Counted from the first letter of the stretch, positions 46,553 through 59,815 are shown. The stretch: DNA of 64,000 bases from an uncultured Nitrososphaeraceae archaeon (GCA_963825865.1 CAWGVG010000007.1:1-64000); one strand, 5' to 3'. Notes: generated from the letters alone by a model not told the origin. A program made the numbers and translations.

Positions 46553-49071
46553 TCAAAGTACAAAATATTCAGCTTCTGGATGATGTACTATAATAGCGGC
46601 GGTCGATTGATCAGGGATTATTTGTCCAGATTCAGTTAACGTCATCCCTGATTTCGTTGGATCTATTATTTTCCAGACCAATTGATGTTGAGATATGTCA
46701 GGACAGCTAGGGTAACCCCAGCTATACCTAAGACCACGTTTGGTGCCGATTTTAAGCTCGTTCTTTATCCTCAAATTAATCCACTCGGCCAACGCTTCGG
46801 CAGTTTCTACGGCCAATCCGTGCAAATAATATGCATCAGTATACATATTATCTTTGTTCCATTCATCCAGCACCTCGGTTACCTTATTACCTACTGTAAC
46901 TGCCTGAAAAGCTACAATGTCATTTTCACCAAAGTAGTCTGTCAAGCATAGATGCTTTTCCTTTGAAGACCTTGGAAAATCAAAAATGACCTGTTTCTCA
47001 TTATTGTGTAAATCTACTACAAGATTGCTATTCATGTTATGACATCTGAAATAGCCGTAAACTGCATTTGGCTCAAATAGCTTTTCTTTAATTATCCTTG
47101 CTTTCCATTCTTCAAACAATTTTTCAGCTTCTTCACTTAAGCTTTCAGCACCCTTGCCACGAATTCCCCAAGAAAGCACAAAGAGCGATTTTTTGTTTAT
47201 GAACTTCCATACTTCCGTTAGATCAATTTGCTTCGGTTCTAATCTTATGAGTTTGTTGAAGTATGGTGGAATAGGTGGTGGGAATGGCTTTATACCACTA
47301 TGGGGTAACTTTGTAGCCTCGACTCTAGGAGTTTGCTTCTCACTCCACGCTTCCAGCTTCTGATGCCATTCCGAAATAAACCCTGTCCTTTCCTTAGACA
47401 TTAGTGTGTTTATGATCTTTAGACCATCAAATGCGGTTTTGCAGTAAAATATGCCTGGAGTGTAAACACCACCCTCTTTTGCAATCCTGTTTATGTAGCT
47501 GCTATTAATAGCAGCACCTCCACATAGTACAGGAATCTTCATATTGTTCTGTTTTGCATATTCTACAAAATACTGCATTTGTTTTGAAGTTGATACGAGT
47601 AACGCAGAAAGCCCCACCGCATCAGCGTCAACTTCATTAATTTTTTCAAGAATACTTTGCAGCGGAACTTGTTTGCCAAGATCATACACTGTATATCCAT
47701 TGTTTATGAAAATAGTTTTTACTAGATTCTTACCTATGTCATGAACATCTCCATATACAGTAACATAGTACTAACTTGCCTTTGCTAACCCCTTCATCTC
47801 TGATCAGATACTTTTCTAACTCACTAACCGCAGCTTTCATACACTCTGCAGATTTGAGTACAAATGGTAAAATGAGTTCACCAGCACCAAATTTGTCTCC
47901 GACTTCCTTCATTGCTGGGAGTAAAACTTCGTTTAATGTCTGTACCTGCCGCTTCATGCGCGTCTTCCTTCGTAGCTTCAAGTATTAACTTATTATTGCC
48001 ATCTCTCACTATATTGGCATTTCCTGAGACCCTATCTGATATTGCAGCTACAACGTCATCTTCTATTTGATCCTTGAGTCTATTGACAATTCTAAAGTAA
48101 CACCTCTTACTTGCTGCCCAGTTTGGATTTACCTCTATCCTTTTAACAGAACTAGCATAGGAAACCGTTTTTACACCTTCAAAGTAAGAAATTAGTTCTG
48201 CAAGTGCATTGGAATGAGTATTGAAAATGAGATCCTCTGCATTCTTCCGCTGGACTGGATCGATGTCTATATATGGAATAATATCTTTGGCATTAATAAT
48301 AACTGTATCGAGTCCTGCTTTTATTGCATAATGTAAAAATACAGAATTGACTATTTTTCTGGCCTTTAATGGAAGGCCAAAACTAACGTTGCTTAGACCC
48401 AATGTAGTGAAGCATCCTGGAATATTTTCTTTTACCAAACGTATACCTTCAAGTGTAGCTTTTGCAGACTCTAGGAATTCTGCCTCTCCAGTAGCCAATG
48501 TAAATGTGAGAACATCGAAAATAAACTGCCACGGCTGGAGACCATATTTTTTGCCTGTTTCGAAGAGAAGCTGTGCAGTTTCTAGCTTTTCTCCGGAGGT
48601 CTTGGCCATCCCCTTTGGTCCTATACACATTGCAATAGCAGGAGCACCATATTTTGCCATCAAAGGGGCCAGAGAGTGAAACCTGCCTCCATCGCCTTCA
48701 AGATTGATCGAGTTTATTATTGGCTTGCCTGGGATTTGTCTTAGGACAACTTCGATCACATTAGGGTCAGTCGAATCTATAACGAGTGGAGCACTTATCT
48801 CTAAACTTAATCGCTTGACAAGTGTTTTCATAAATTCAAGTTCGTCAGAGCGTTCAGTAGTAGCCACACAGATATCAAGACAATGCGCACCATCTTCTAT
48901 TTGTGTTCTAGCTAAATTTACAAGACCATCAAAATCATTATTGAGTACCATCTGCTTTGCTTTTCTAGACCCTTGAGTATTGAGGCGTTCACCAATTATG
49001 AGAGGTGGAGGCTCTTGTCTTAGATCAACTGCGTTTAATGCTGAACTGATTCTAGGCACATTCTTCTTCAT
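46553..49071 (-). CDS. metH: B12-dependent methionine synthase: pterin-binding, cap, B12-binding and activation part (frameshifted)
   Basis: IIGERLNTQGS, IDST, INSINLE, LGLSNVSFG, GDVHDIGKN, GLSALL, RYSWGYPSCPD. Confidence 0.93.
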
Positions 49072-49135
49072 GAGATATTACTGGTCTTTTTTGATCAAAT
49101 CCTATCTAATATCTTACGGTTGTGGCTGCCTATAA

Positions 49136-50078
49136 CTAATGTTGCTGATCTAGCATTTTACGCATTTCAGCTATATGTTGAGGATTAGTTCCACAACAAC
49201 CACCGATTATACGAACACGATTATATTTTTGGATAAAATCCCTGAGTCTTTCTGCTATTTCCTGAGGCGACATTTTGTAAACTGCTTTGCCACCCTCATT
49301 TTGAGGCATCCCTGCATTGGGCATAACTAGTATAGGTAATTCGTCTTGTTCACTTAACCATCTCACACTTGGTGTCATCTCCATTGGACCTGTCGAGCAA
49401 TTCAATCCAAAAACATTGATACCCATATCACTTATGATAGTATAAGCAGCCTGAATATTAGTTCCAAGGAGCATCTTGCCATATTGATCCAGCGTAACAT
49501 TAGCAATGATTGGAACTTTCTTCCCCACTTGTTGCATAGCCTCATGACATGCCTCAATAGCCAATTTGACTTCAAGTATGTCTTGGCTTGTCTCAATCAG
49601 TAGTGCATCAACTCCTCCTAAGAGTAACCCTTCAGCCTGTGGTGCAAATGCTTCTCTTATTTCATTAACAGATTTTTGTCCTAGATCCGGATCCGTGGAG
49701 ACTTGGCAAATATCCTGTTGGACCCATAGAACCTATAACATATCGTCGCTTATCAGCAAATATATCGCAAACCTCTCTTGCAAGTTCGGCGGCTTTTTTG
49801 TTAAATTCCCTGGTTTTATCACCGTAACCATATTCATCGAGTTTGAACTTATTACTTCCGAATGTATTTGTTTCAATACAATCTGCTCCGGCTTTCAGGT
49901 AATTTATGTGAATTTGCTTGATCCATTCTGGTTTGCTAAGAATCAAACCATCGTTAAAGCCATCTTTTGTATCTGGAAAGTCCTCCAACTTTGGATTTAA
50001 ACATTGGATTTCTGTTCCCATTGCTCCGTCAAATAGAAGAATCCGATTCTGAAGTGCCTCATTAAATGATTCTGACAT
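49136..50078 (-). CDS. metH: Methionine synthase homocysteine-binding subunit (frameshifted)
   Basis: FDGAMGT, ETNTFG, GSMGPTG, GLNCSTGP, PNAGMP, GGCCGT. Confidence 0.93.
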
Positions 50079-50370
50079 TGAAGAGTATAATTGAAACTCC
50101 TATCAGAGTATAATAGTTTTGCACTTTAACATATGTCGCTTGTCATCTAGGATGTAATTAATACCATTAAGGCAATTGTCGACTGCTGCCTGTTAATTTA
50201 ACGACCTACTTAAAGTATTATCATATGCAGTCATCTATTTTCCTTTTTAATCGGTCAAACATGCTTTTTGATTAAGACAATAATATGTACAAATACCCAC
50301 ATAGGTGCTATATGCTTTAGTTGTGGATACTTCATATATTATAAGTTATAATGTCTCGTTATGCTATAGT

Positions 50371-50445
50371 GGGTCCATAGTTCAGCTTGGATAGAATGGC
50401 TCCCTGCGGAGCAGTTGGTCGAGGGTTCGAATCCCTCTGGACCCG
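50371..50445 (+). tRNA. tRNA-Arg(GCG)
   Basis: Acceptor GGGTCCA/TGGACCC, loop CTGCGGA, T-arm GAGGGTTCGAATCCCTC; one C-C mismatch in the anticodon stem. Confidence 0.9.
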
Positions 50446-50506
50446 CATCGTTTTTCATTCGAATCCACAATGCTTAAGAGAAAGCAACTGCATATACCAA
50501 TGAAAA

Positions 50507-51623
50507 GTGTCTGGAAAAACGGTCTATAGATCGATTCTAAACGGCTTGCCTATTAAGGATCTTTATGAAAGGCGCCTAATTGGTTTTTTGAAGATGGCGA
50601 ATATGACGCCTGATGAGTTTGTGAATTTAGCAAAAAAGAATCCTCTTCTTGCTGAAAGAAAAATAATATCTTTTATCTCAACACAAAACTTAAGAGCCGA
50701 AAAAGGGGAAATAACCTCAGGTACAGTTGGCAATTCTTTAAAGGCTATCAGGTTAATTTTGGAAATGAATGATGGCCTTCTTAATTGGAAAAAGGTAAGG
50801 CGAGTTCTTCCACGAGCAAGAAGGTATGCAATTGATAGAATCCCAACAGTTGAAGAAATTCGAGAAATTATAAACGCTGCAGATCAGAGAGGTACGGCTT
50901 TGACTCATGTATTATTATCTAGTGGAGTACGAGAGGGAGCCATCGAATATTTCAAGATGAGCGATTATACACATACCGAAAGAGATGGAAGGATAGTGGC
51001 AGGACGTTTGGTAGTTTACAATGGAGAGCCAGACAGATATGTAACTTTTGTAAGCCCGGAGGCATGCCATGCTCTTGATAAATATTTAGACTTCAGAAGA
51101 GAGCATGGAGAAGAGGTGAATAGTAGTTCGCCATTATATCGTGACAAGTTTGATCCAATTAAAGGATTGTATGGTCATGGTAAGAAGGATTCCAAAGAAA
51201 TAGTTATACCCATGACTGCTCCCGCTGTAAGACAGTACTACAATAGGCTTCTTTATTCTATTGGAATTAGAAATGAAAAAAAGAAGAGACATGACTTTTC
51301 AGTCCATGGATTTAGAAAATTCTTTAAAACAAAAGCTGAACTAGGAGGCATGAAACCTATCAACGTTGAAACACTAATGGGACATCGTACCTGGTATAAG
51401 CGATTCATATTACAGGCCAACAGAAAAAGACCTTTTAGAGGATTATTCAAAAGTTGTAGAACATCTTGCGATAACAACGGAAAGTATATTACAAATTGAA
51501 GTCAAGGAAGAAATTAGTCAAATGCAAGAACGTGATGCTATGAACTCTGACGCCATAACCACTTTATCAGATCAGGTAGCTAAATTAATGCACGAAATAC
51601 AAGTGTTGAAGCAGCAGAAATAA
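50507..51623 (+). CDS. Tyrosine recombinase/integrase (frameshift near 51390)
   Basis: SSGVREG, VHGFRKF, LMGH then GISDSYYRP in the next frame; ~60 bp after the tRNA 3' end. Confidence 0.9.
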
Positions 51624-51643
51624 TAATAATAATTTTCTGCAAG

Positions 51644-52448
51644 TCATAATGATCTTCTGATAAACAAACTTTTGTCATACTTTGTCTTATGACACTTGCG
51701 ACAATGTAGAATTTTATTATTGCTTTTAGTTGACCATGACTTGTCTAAAGGTGGCTCATAGACATGTTTACAAAGTTCTTGTTGTTTTGAGCGATCAGAC
51801 ATATATTCCCATTTGCTCTTTTCTCGAGCAACTACTCTCGGTACTTGAGATCTAATCTTTTCCAATTTATCACTTATGCTAGGATATGATTTAGAAAAGT
51901 CTGCCATCAATTCAGAGATAAATTCTTCTTTGAGTGTATAAAGCGGTCTGTCGTAACCAAAACTCATAAAATCTAATCCGGCTTTATCCAAAGTTATAGA
52001 ACCATCATCATTAACATTACCATACTGACTTTCCAGATGAACGGATATAGCATCTTTGAAAAGAGGCAATAAAGCAGGTCGTAAAGATGACATTGCATCA
52101 TCAATCCATCTTTGGACATTTAGATCCTTTTGTTCATCGTTTTTTGTATCGCCCATAATCCTATTAAATGGATTCATTGCTTGAATTATCAAATAAGTGA
52201 TAATAGCCCCTAATTTGTTAGAGAACATAAACAACACATTTACTGAAAACATCTGCAGTTATGGTCGTACCTCTATAGGCTTTAGTAGCTGGATAATACT
52301 TTCCCTGTTTGCCCTTTCCTCTTTTGATCAGTCCTTTTCTCATCAATCTTTTCGTATAAGAGGTAAGATTCTTTCTATCAATTCCTATTATTTGTGCCAA
52401 TTGTAAATGAGCTATTCCACTATCGCCATGACCAATTATTACTTTCAT
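51644..52448 (-). CDS. N-terminal wHTH protein with C-terminal Cys/His motif (frameshifted)
   Basis: LQLAQIIGIDRKNL..KRLMRKGLI; CKH...CRKCH. Confidence 0.65.
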
Positions 52449-52623
52449 AATTTTTTCTTTTTTTTTCTCACATATTCTTCATGTGGAAGAAGATCATCCA
52501 AAGTGTCCTGACCATATTCTATCGTCCTTTTCTCTTCAAACCAGTCGTCGTTGTACAAATGGAACGTCAAATGGGGTAGTGGGCCCCTTATTATATAGTC
52601 TTGTATTACGAATAAAATAAGAT

Positions 52624-52791
52624 ATGACTGAAAGAATAGAGATACGCAGAGTACAAGCATGTAGGGGGGAAAGGAGCCTTACCATAGTTCTTCCAAAGCT
52701 TTTCTCAGAAAAGCTGAAGATTGAAAAAGGCGATTTTTTAAAAGTACACCTGGAAGATAAGAGGTTGATAGTCGAGAAGGCTGACGTATAA
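52624..52791 (+). CDS. AbrB/MazE/SpoVT-family DNA-binding protein (not in ORF track)
   Basis: 55 aa: RRVQ..GERSLTIVLPKLFSEKLKIEKGDFLKVHLEDKRLIVEK. Confidence 0.85.
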   Translation: MTERIEIRRVQACRGERSLTIVLPKLFSEKLKIEKGDFLKVHLEDKRLIVEKADV

Positions 52792-52839
52792 TCAGGGTTC
52801 CTGTTACGAAATACACCAAATGAATGGAGCACAAGACCA

Positions 52840-53501
52840 ATGAGCGAATACACTGACCTTTTGAAAGAAATAGTACAAAAGCAGCGAATTTCTACCGATC
52901 AACTGCTAAGGAATACATTCCAAAGATGGACCAGGCACTCCGAACTGAAAATCCAAATCTTACACCAGAACGTTCGAGAGATAGAATTGAAAAAGACTGC
53001 ATTAGTATATGGAGCAAAAGAACAATACTAGATGCTTTGCCTGATGAAGCTAAAGATTTAGAGAAGCAAAAAGCTGGCCAATTAAGCCAAAAGGAGGCTA
53101 ATTCTGCTGCCAGTCTCTCCGGCACCATTGTCTACAGAGAAGAAACGAGAAGAAATTGTGATTGATACAGAAGGAAGATCGATTGAAGATAGCGTACCAT
53201 TATCACCACCATCCTCAGCACCATTAAACACGACGACTTTGATTTCTACTATTGACGATCCTTTACCATCATCTGACAATAATGGCAGTATATCACAAAA
53301 TGACGATGACGATGTTTGGCACTTAGCTTTCCATTAGAATATGTCTTAGATGTTGTGTTTCCGTTCCTATTTGGAAAAGATAGTAGAGAATACTCGATTT
53401 GCTTTGAGGGTGTATTTGATAGACGAACTCGTAAAGTCATTTCTGCTACTTTAGCAGGAAGAATACCACCGCGACCACAACAACAAAGTACAGTCAAGTA
53501 A
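52840..53501 (+). CDS. Hypothetical mobile-element protein (fragmented)
   Basis: Four overlapping ORF pieces; RDRIEKDCISIWSKRTILDALP. Confidence 0.5.
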
Positions 53502-53516
53502 AGGAGATTATAGCAA

Positions 53517-54295
53517 TATGATACAATTTCATGGATTTCTAAGACCCTATTTGGAATAAAGAAATGTCCAATAATAGTAGCAGTTTCAGACATCGCAAAA
53601 GAACTTGATGAAAGCAAATCACTTATATCATAGACGAGATGTATTCAAATTACTTGAGCTAACACAGGCTGGTAAAAACTTTCGACCAGTACTCAAATAC
53701 CAATAACCGTTCAACTAACAATCCAATCTGTAAGTTAGAGAACATTAGGTTTAAAGCTCTTGTATACAAAATGCCACCACCAGAGTCTTTAGATTGGAAG
53801 AAAACTCAAATGAACAACTGGGCTCAATATGGTTCCAAGGTAGACAACATCATAATACATCTAAACAGTGGAAAAGAACCAACTATTGAGTTCATTCCTT
53901 CTGCAGTTGACGGTGATGATCCATACGAACTACGTGACATGGTGCTATATGACTGTATTAAAGCAGCCGAAAAATTACAAGAGACTCTTGGAATTGAAAT
54001 TGGTAGACTTGAGCAATCTTCACGTCCAGAATACGTTGTATATGATCCTGTTGCTAAAGCATTTTCTAAATATACAGGCCAAGTAAATGTGAAAGGTGTT
54101 GGAAAGATCAACGCTTCTAGTCCCAGACATATAGGCGAGTTTGAGTTTCATGATCCAACAGCTGCAGCTGAGTATATGGCTATGCCTAAACGTTTGTCAA
54201 ATGTCGTCAAAAAAATATTGGCTTTGCTTACAGAGGAGAAACGAACAGCTCAAAATGGACTCGCAACGAGCGTCAAGAGGGTTGAATTAAAGTAG
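53517..54295 (+). CDS. Putative wHTH-containing replication initiator-like protein (5' part frameshifted)
   Basis: Upstream frames give VSDIAKELD (HTH-like) and LENIRFKA; C-terminal INAS..GEFEF; position equivalent to the replication module of the other element. Confidence 0.4.
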
Positions 54296-54364
54296 ATGAA
54301 AGAACGAAAAATAGATAAGTGTAACGTAACTCAAAATCCCGTCTTTCATAGTCTTAAAGAAAGG

Positions 54365-54610
54365 CCATGCGGCATAATTGTTTCCATGTTAGAACAACCA
54401 AACTCAGAGCTAATGGACCAATATGGCATCAAGGCAATATTTCAGTTCACACAAGCAGATAGGGAACGGTTGACTAAATTGGCACAATGGGTGGATCAAA
54501 ATAATATAAGGGTAAATGTAGAGAAGACGTTTTCATTAGATGAGGCTGGTAAGGCGCTTGATTACCAAAAAGACGTACATCCAAGAGGTAAAGTCGTCTT
54601 AGCAGTGTGA
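54365..54610 (+). pseudogene. NADPH:quinone oxidoreductase (MDR) C-terminal fragment
   Basis: VEKTFSLDEAGKALDY..HPRGKVVL. Confidence 0.75.
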
Positions 54611-54663
54611 GAGAAATAAATTATGTAAGAACAATTATGTAAACACTTGACGCCTCGACTCCT

Positions 54664-55093
54664 TTACCGGCTATAGAAGCGTTCAGAATGATTGAACCGT
54701 GAACCGCCGTCCTGAAATAGCGAAAGTGCTTTTTGCACAGTGAACAGCCCTTTGACGTTGATCCCTAACGTTTTGTCAAAGTGCGCTTCGGTAATCGCCC
54801 CCAATGGAACTAATTCTCCAACGCCGGCGTTTGCAAACAGAATGTCGATGCGGCCCTTCTGCGCCTTCACGGTGGCATACAACCGGTCAAGATCTGCCAG
54901 ATTTGAGACGTCACCCTGAACACCACTGACTATTTTTGCCGATCTGCTTGACTGCCGCATCAAGTTCGCTTTGGCGGCGGCCGGTGATGAAAACATATGC
55001 GCCATCTTCTGAGACGAACCGCTGTGCCGTGGCGAGGCCTATTCCGCTGCTTCCGCCTGTGATGACTGTGACTTTTCCTTCAAGCTTTTTCAT
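54664..55093 (-). pseudogene. Short-chain dehydrogenase N-terminal half, GC-rich
   Basis: [27 protein letters not shown]; truncated before the catalytic YxxxK. Confidence 0.85.
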
Positions 55094-55501
55094 GATTTTT
55101 TACTCATGTTGGTAGGCTTTAAGTTTGCAAGAGTTAGTTGAGAGAGATATTTATGCTGCTATGATTAGCGACGTAGAGCATGTGCCGATGATTCGGGACG
55201 AGCTGCATTATCTATAACTTTTAAATTCTCTAAACCAGGCTTTTCGAAAATAGCTGCCTTCATAAAAAAATGCATAGTATTTTGTGGTTTGTCATGTATA
55301 TCTACCACTGCTCTGTATACCCAAAGTAGTTGCTAGCCTCATTTTTACACTATCGTTTCTATGGGATTATAGAAAAATGGTAATACATCTTTTTTTCATG
55401 AATTCAAGATTATCGAAAAATAACTTTATAAAAACAACAATGGGCTTGAGTGTAAGCTTTTTCTGATACGAATAACATATTAGAAGATAGTCGACTTAGG
55501 T

Positions 55502-57358
55502 GTGTTAAGAAAAAGAACGACATCTAATATTCTCTCAAAGAGGAATGTTTCTATTCTTATCATTATAGGAGCTGTTGCTTTATTGCTATCGGTCTTTTCA
55601 TACCATTATTCTTCTTTTACATCCAATAAAATAATTGATGTTGCTTTGCAAGAAATAAGATCAAATGCCAGAATTGAAGTGCATGACCTTTCACAAATTT
55701 TAACAAACAAGTTACAAAGTACCGGGGCTCTTTTGCAAACACTTGCAGACTCTCCTGCCATACACAATAATGAATATAAAAGAGCAGATATTATTATCAA
55801 TACTAGACAAAAGGCAACAAGTGGTCTAACAGACTTTTACATGTGGCTTGATAAAAATGGTAAAATAAATTGGTTGAGCAATATCAACCAAACCACATAT
55901 CAAAAAGTAACAGTGGAAGATATTTAAGCTACAGACCCTATTTTACTACACCCAAAGAGACTCATACAGAATATTATAGTAGTTTGATAGAATCAAACGA
56001 TAAAGTTCCAAGGTTATACATATCTTATCCCGTACTCAATATGACAACAACAGGGAAAGGAGAACAACAAGTATTTAGTGGTGTAGTAGTTGCAGCAATT
56101 AAACTTCAAACTTTAGGAAATGTGTTGCAAAATCAATTATTTCCAGGATTTAACACCACTATAGAATTGTTAGATAGAAATGGAATAATACTCTATAGTA
56201 ATACTCCTTCATTTATTGGCCCTTCATTTATTGGCCAGAACGTTTTTGGAAACAAAATGCAATCTGTATTCTCTTCCTTTTTATCTCCTCAGGCTAAGAA
56301 TTCATTAAATAACCTATTGGGGATTTCATTAGAAGGCAACACAGGTTCAGCGGATATCCTTGTTCAAGGCGAAATGAATACCATAGCTTATGAACCAGTT
56401 ATACTTAATGGCAAATATTTTTTAGCATTGTATATTAGTGCCCCGCATAACCTTGCAAGCGACGTAGGAAACTTAGTTGATCAACAAAAGAACTTTAGCA
56501 TGTTTATAGTAATAATGATAGGCCTATTAGCATTTGGTATTGCACTTTTAGTTCTGTTATGGAATAAAAGATTAGAATCTACAGTAAATACAAGAACTGC
56601 AGAATTGAGAAGTGCTAATGAGCAATTAAAAGTTCATGCTAAAATGCAAAAGGAGTTTATCAATATAGCAGACTCATGAATTAAGAACTCCTATTCAACC
56701 CGTTCTTAGCCTAACTCAAATTATACGCTCTAAAATAAAAGACGTCGAGCAAGGCGAGTTACTAGATGTAGTAATCAGAAATGCAAAAAGACTACACCAA
56801 CTTGCTGAAGACATACTAGATATCACAAGGATTGAAAGCCAGTCACTAAAACTAAACAAGGAGCGATTCAACTTAAATGATTTGATATCAAATGTTATGC
56901 AAGACTATAGAAATCAGGTTGAAAAAGATCATGATAATATTAGCTTGCTATACGAATCTAAGAATGACATCATTTTTTTTGTAGAAGCAGACAGGCATAG
57001 GGTTACACAAGTTATTTCCAATCTTCTAAACAATGCTATTAAATTCATTAAAGAGGAAGGAAAAGAAGGAGAAGGAGGAACTGTATCTGTTACCTTACAA
57101 AAGAAGAAAGAAGAAGATAATCAACAACAAGTCCTTGTTAGTGTAAAGGATAGTGGTACTGGCATACATAGTGATATTATACCAAGGCTATTTTCAAAAT
57201 TTGCGACAAAATCTGAAAAAGGAACAGGATTGGGTTTGTTTATCTCTAAAAGTATTGTAGAAGCTCATGGGGGGAAGATATGGGCTGAAAATAATGTTTC
57301 TGATGGCAGTGCAGAAAAAGGAGCTACCTTTACGTTCAGCCTCCCGAACCCGAATTAG
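55502..57358 (+). CDS. Sensor histidine kinase with extracellular Cache-like domain (frameshifted)
   Basis: Two TMs, FINIA/HELRTP H-box, NLLNNAIKF, DSGTGI, GTGLGL. Confidence 0.92.
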
Positions 57359-57418
57359 AAAAAGAAAAACATAAAGTTGATGATGCTGTTATTGTAAATA
57401 AGAAACACGATAATAACA

Positions 57419-57566
57419 ATGACATTCAAAGACCTGAAGAAGAGAATAGGCAGAAGCTCTAATCAACAACAAACACAGTCTTTTGACAAATTACAGGACA
57501 AGCCATTCTGGATTTGGAAACACTGAAGAGCATAAACAAGAAGATATCAGGACAAGAGGAAAGTGA
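57419..57566 (+). pseudogene. N-terminal remnant of a TerL-like gene
   Basis: MTFKDLKKR..KLQDKPFWIW..EEHKQEDIRTRG resembles the N-terminus of Nitrososphaerales TerL-like proteins. Confidence 0.5.
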
Positions 57567-57792
57567 TGGTCTATTTACTACAATAAGTCAGCGATCGGAT
57601 TGATTGATTTACCAAAAATCATCTGCTACAGTGAAAGGCAATCAACTTCAGCATAGTTCGGAACACTTTGTACACATGAAAAAACCAATGTAGTCATAAT
57701 TGAATAAATGAGGCAACAGCCGCATTTTACTGGATAAACGATAAATAGAAAACTACTGTATCAAGGTTAATCATGAAGGATGATGACTGTTT

Positions 57793-58404
57793 GTGAACCA
57801 AAAATCTTCAGCTGCTACAGGAACAGTAGTATCCTTATGGCGATATCCAGTAAAGTCAATGTTGTGCGAGGAGCTCAATTCTTCATACGTAACTGAACGC
57901 GGACTCATAGGGGATCGCACATACGCGGTGATAGACAAGCAAACTGGCAAAGTGGCTAGTGCTAAGAACCCTAGAAAATGGGGCAAGTTATTTGACTTTC
58001 GTTCTATGTTTATAGACTCACTACATGATGTAAATGACATTCCACCAGTCAGGATTACTTTCCCAGACGGCAGTAACGTTTCTTCTGATCATCAGGAGGA
58101 TGATATGGATTCTAGTTTGTCAAAGGTTTTCGATAGAGAAGTTAGGCTCATGAAAGCTAGTAGTTTTGAAAAGCCAAGCTATGAGGAGTACTGGCCTAAT
58201 GTAGATGGCCTAGCACAAAGAGAGAAGGTCACAGACGAAGCTATGCCTCCCCAGACTTTCTTTGATATTGCTGTAATCCACATCTTGACTACATCTACAA
58301 TCAACCGTCTGCGAGAACTCTATCCAGAGGGGCGATTTGAGGTTCGACGATTTAGGCCAAATATAGTGGTAGAGTCAGCTTCTGGAGAGAAGATTCATGG
58401 GTAG
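57793..58404 (+). CDS. MOSC domain protein (C-terminally truncated)
   Basis: LWRYPVKSM, GLIGDR, RRFRPNIVV. Confidence 0.85.
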   Translation: MNQKSSAATGTVVSLWRYPVKSMLCEELNSSYVTERGLIGDRTYAVIDKQTGKVASAKNPRKWGKLFDFRSMFIDSLHDVNDIPPVRITFPDGSNVSSDHQEDDMDSSLSKVFDREVRLMKASSFEKPSYEEYWPNVDGLAQREKVTDEAMPPQTFFDIAVIHILTTSTINRLRELYPEGRFEVRRFRPNIVVESASGEKIHG

Positions 58405-58827
58405 GAAAAAAGATAACAATAGGTGAATGTATTGTACTAAAGTCTGGCTTGAATGATAGCCATATAATTCTTCTACAAGCTCGCTAAGTTGGGTATCTAA
58501 TTCGTAATCCTTTTTTCTAAAGAGCAGAAACATGACATCGCCATCTCCATAACTCAGATCCAAAGTGTTAGTAACTATACAATAACTGAACTAGATTTCT
58601 CAAGTCTTCCTTTTTTTCTTAGATAATGTTACGCGGTCTGAGCAGAGTTAAAATTATAAGATTTGGATGTCCCTTAAATTCCTGCATTTTCTTTAGCTCC
58701 TCTTTATGATATCTTGACTCAAAAGTTCAGCAGACGAAGTTAGCGTATTTGTTGCTTATCCTCCTAATATCACAAGACTTAGTTGATGATAAAAACCTAA
58801 ATTGCCTACAGACACAACCAACTCATT

Positions 58828-59244
58828 GTGAAGTTCAGAAAGATAGTTGAAACATGTATTTACTCTTCTGATTTAGAGACTATGAAGGATTTTTATGTTA
58901 ATAAGATTGGACTTGAATTCATCTCAGAAGAAAAAGGAAGACATGTTTTCCTAAAGGCTGGCAAGAGTATGCTTCTAATTTTTAATCCTGAAATTACAAG
59001 AGTTGAAGGAAATAGCAGATTTCCTATTCATGGCGCAGTAACTCCTCCTGGATGTATTCATCTTGCTTTAGAGATAGAAAAAAATGATTACGACAATTCA
59101 AAAAATATGCTGACACAAAATTATACTGCTATTGAAAAAGAGATAGTATGGGGCAACGGAAATGGGTCAATTTACTTTAGAGACCCTGCAGGCAATCTTG
59201 TAGAATTTGTAACTAAAGGAAACTGGCCAGTAGAAGATGGGTAA
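58828..59244 (+). CDS. VOC/glyoxalase family protein
   Basis: ETCIY..FY..GL, HLALEI, YFRDPAGNLVEF. Confidence 0.9.
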   Translation: MKFRKIVETCIYSSDLETMKDFYVNKIGLEFISEEKGRHVFLKAGKSMLLIFNPEITRVEGNSRFPIHGAVTPPGCIHLALEIEKNDYDNSKNMLTQNYTAIEKEIVWGNGNGSIYFRDPAGNLVEFVTKGNWPVEDG

Positions 59245-59338
59245 CAGATCTATGAAATAGTTAGTGTATCGGAGGATCATGTGAGATGATCTGAGAAGTT
59301 AAAAGTTACACAGAAAGCTGGTCTAGAAAGGTGTATAC

Positions 59339-59815
59339 TTGTACAGGCCTACCAATGTTGGAATGATCCTTCTGATTATCAGATATGCTATAGGTAAGAG
59401 TATCATATTATTGCAAAAAGAGAGAGACAATTACCTTAGAAAGGATTTGATGATCCTAGAGCATTTTAAATATCCTGAAATATTCATAAGAAAGACAAAG
59501 AAAGCTTACATTAGCATAGTAACAAATTCAACATTAGAACTGGCAAAACAATCAGCCGCGTGTGGTTATAATGCTCTCAGATTGACAGTAAAAAGAAAGG
59601 GTTTGGAGATGAATATGGCTTTTTGTAGAAAGATATTTGCTACTTGTTTGAGAAATAATGGCATTGAACAAGAGATTATAGACTTACTTCAAGGTAGAAC
59701 TCCGAAATCTGTATTTGCAAGGTATTATTACAGGCCTAATTTTGATTATGACAAAATTAGAGATGTAGTAAATTCCTTACATGATAAAATCTGCGATATT
59801 AAACCAACTAAATAA
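59339..59815 (+). pseudogene. Tyrosine integrase C-terminal fragment (different subfamily from the two tRNA-linked ones)
   Basis: RKTKKAYIS, CRKIFAT, IDLLQGR..VFARYY. Confidence 0.75.

Larger units (their letters stand above)
50446..54295 (+). mobile_element. Integrated element at tRNA-Arg(GCG); right boundary unresolved
   Basis: tRNA-integrase-convergent wHTH-divergent AbrB-hypotheticals. Confidence 0.7.

Noticed and set aside
46553-50078. Split metH as a novelty
   Set aside because: The two-gene arrangement is the expected form in Thaumarchaeota; the extra breaks look like indel errors.
50395-50416. tRNA-Arg(GCG) as a pseudogene because of an anticodon-stem mismatch
   Set aside because: One mismatch in an error-prone sequence; the other arms are canonical.
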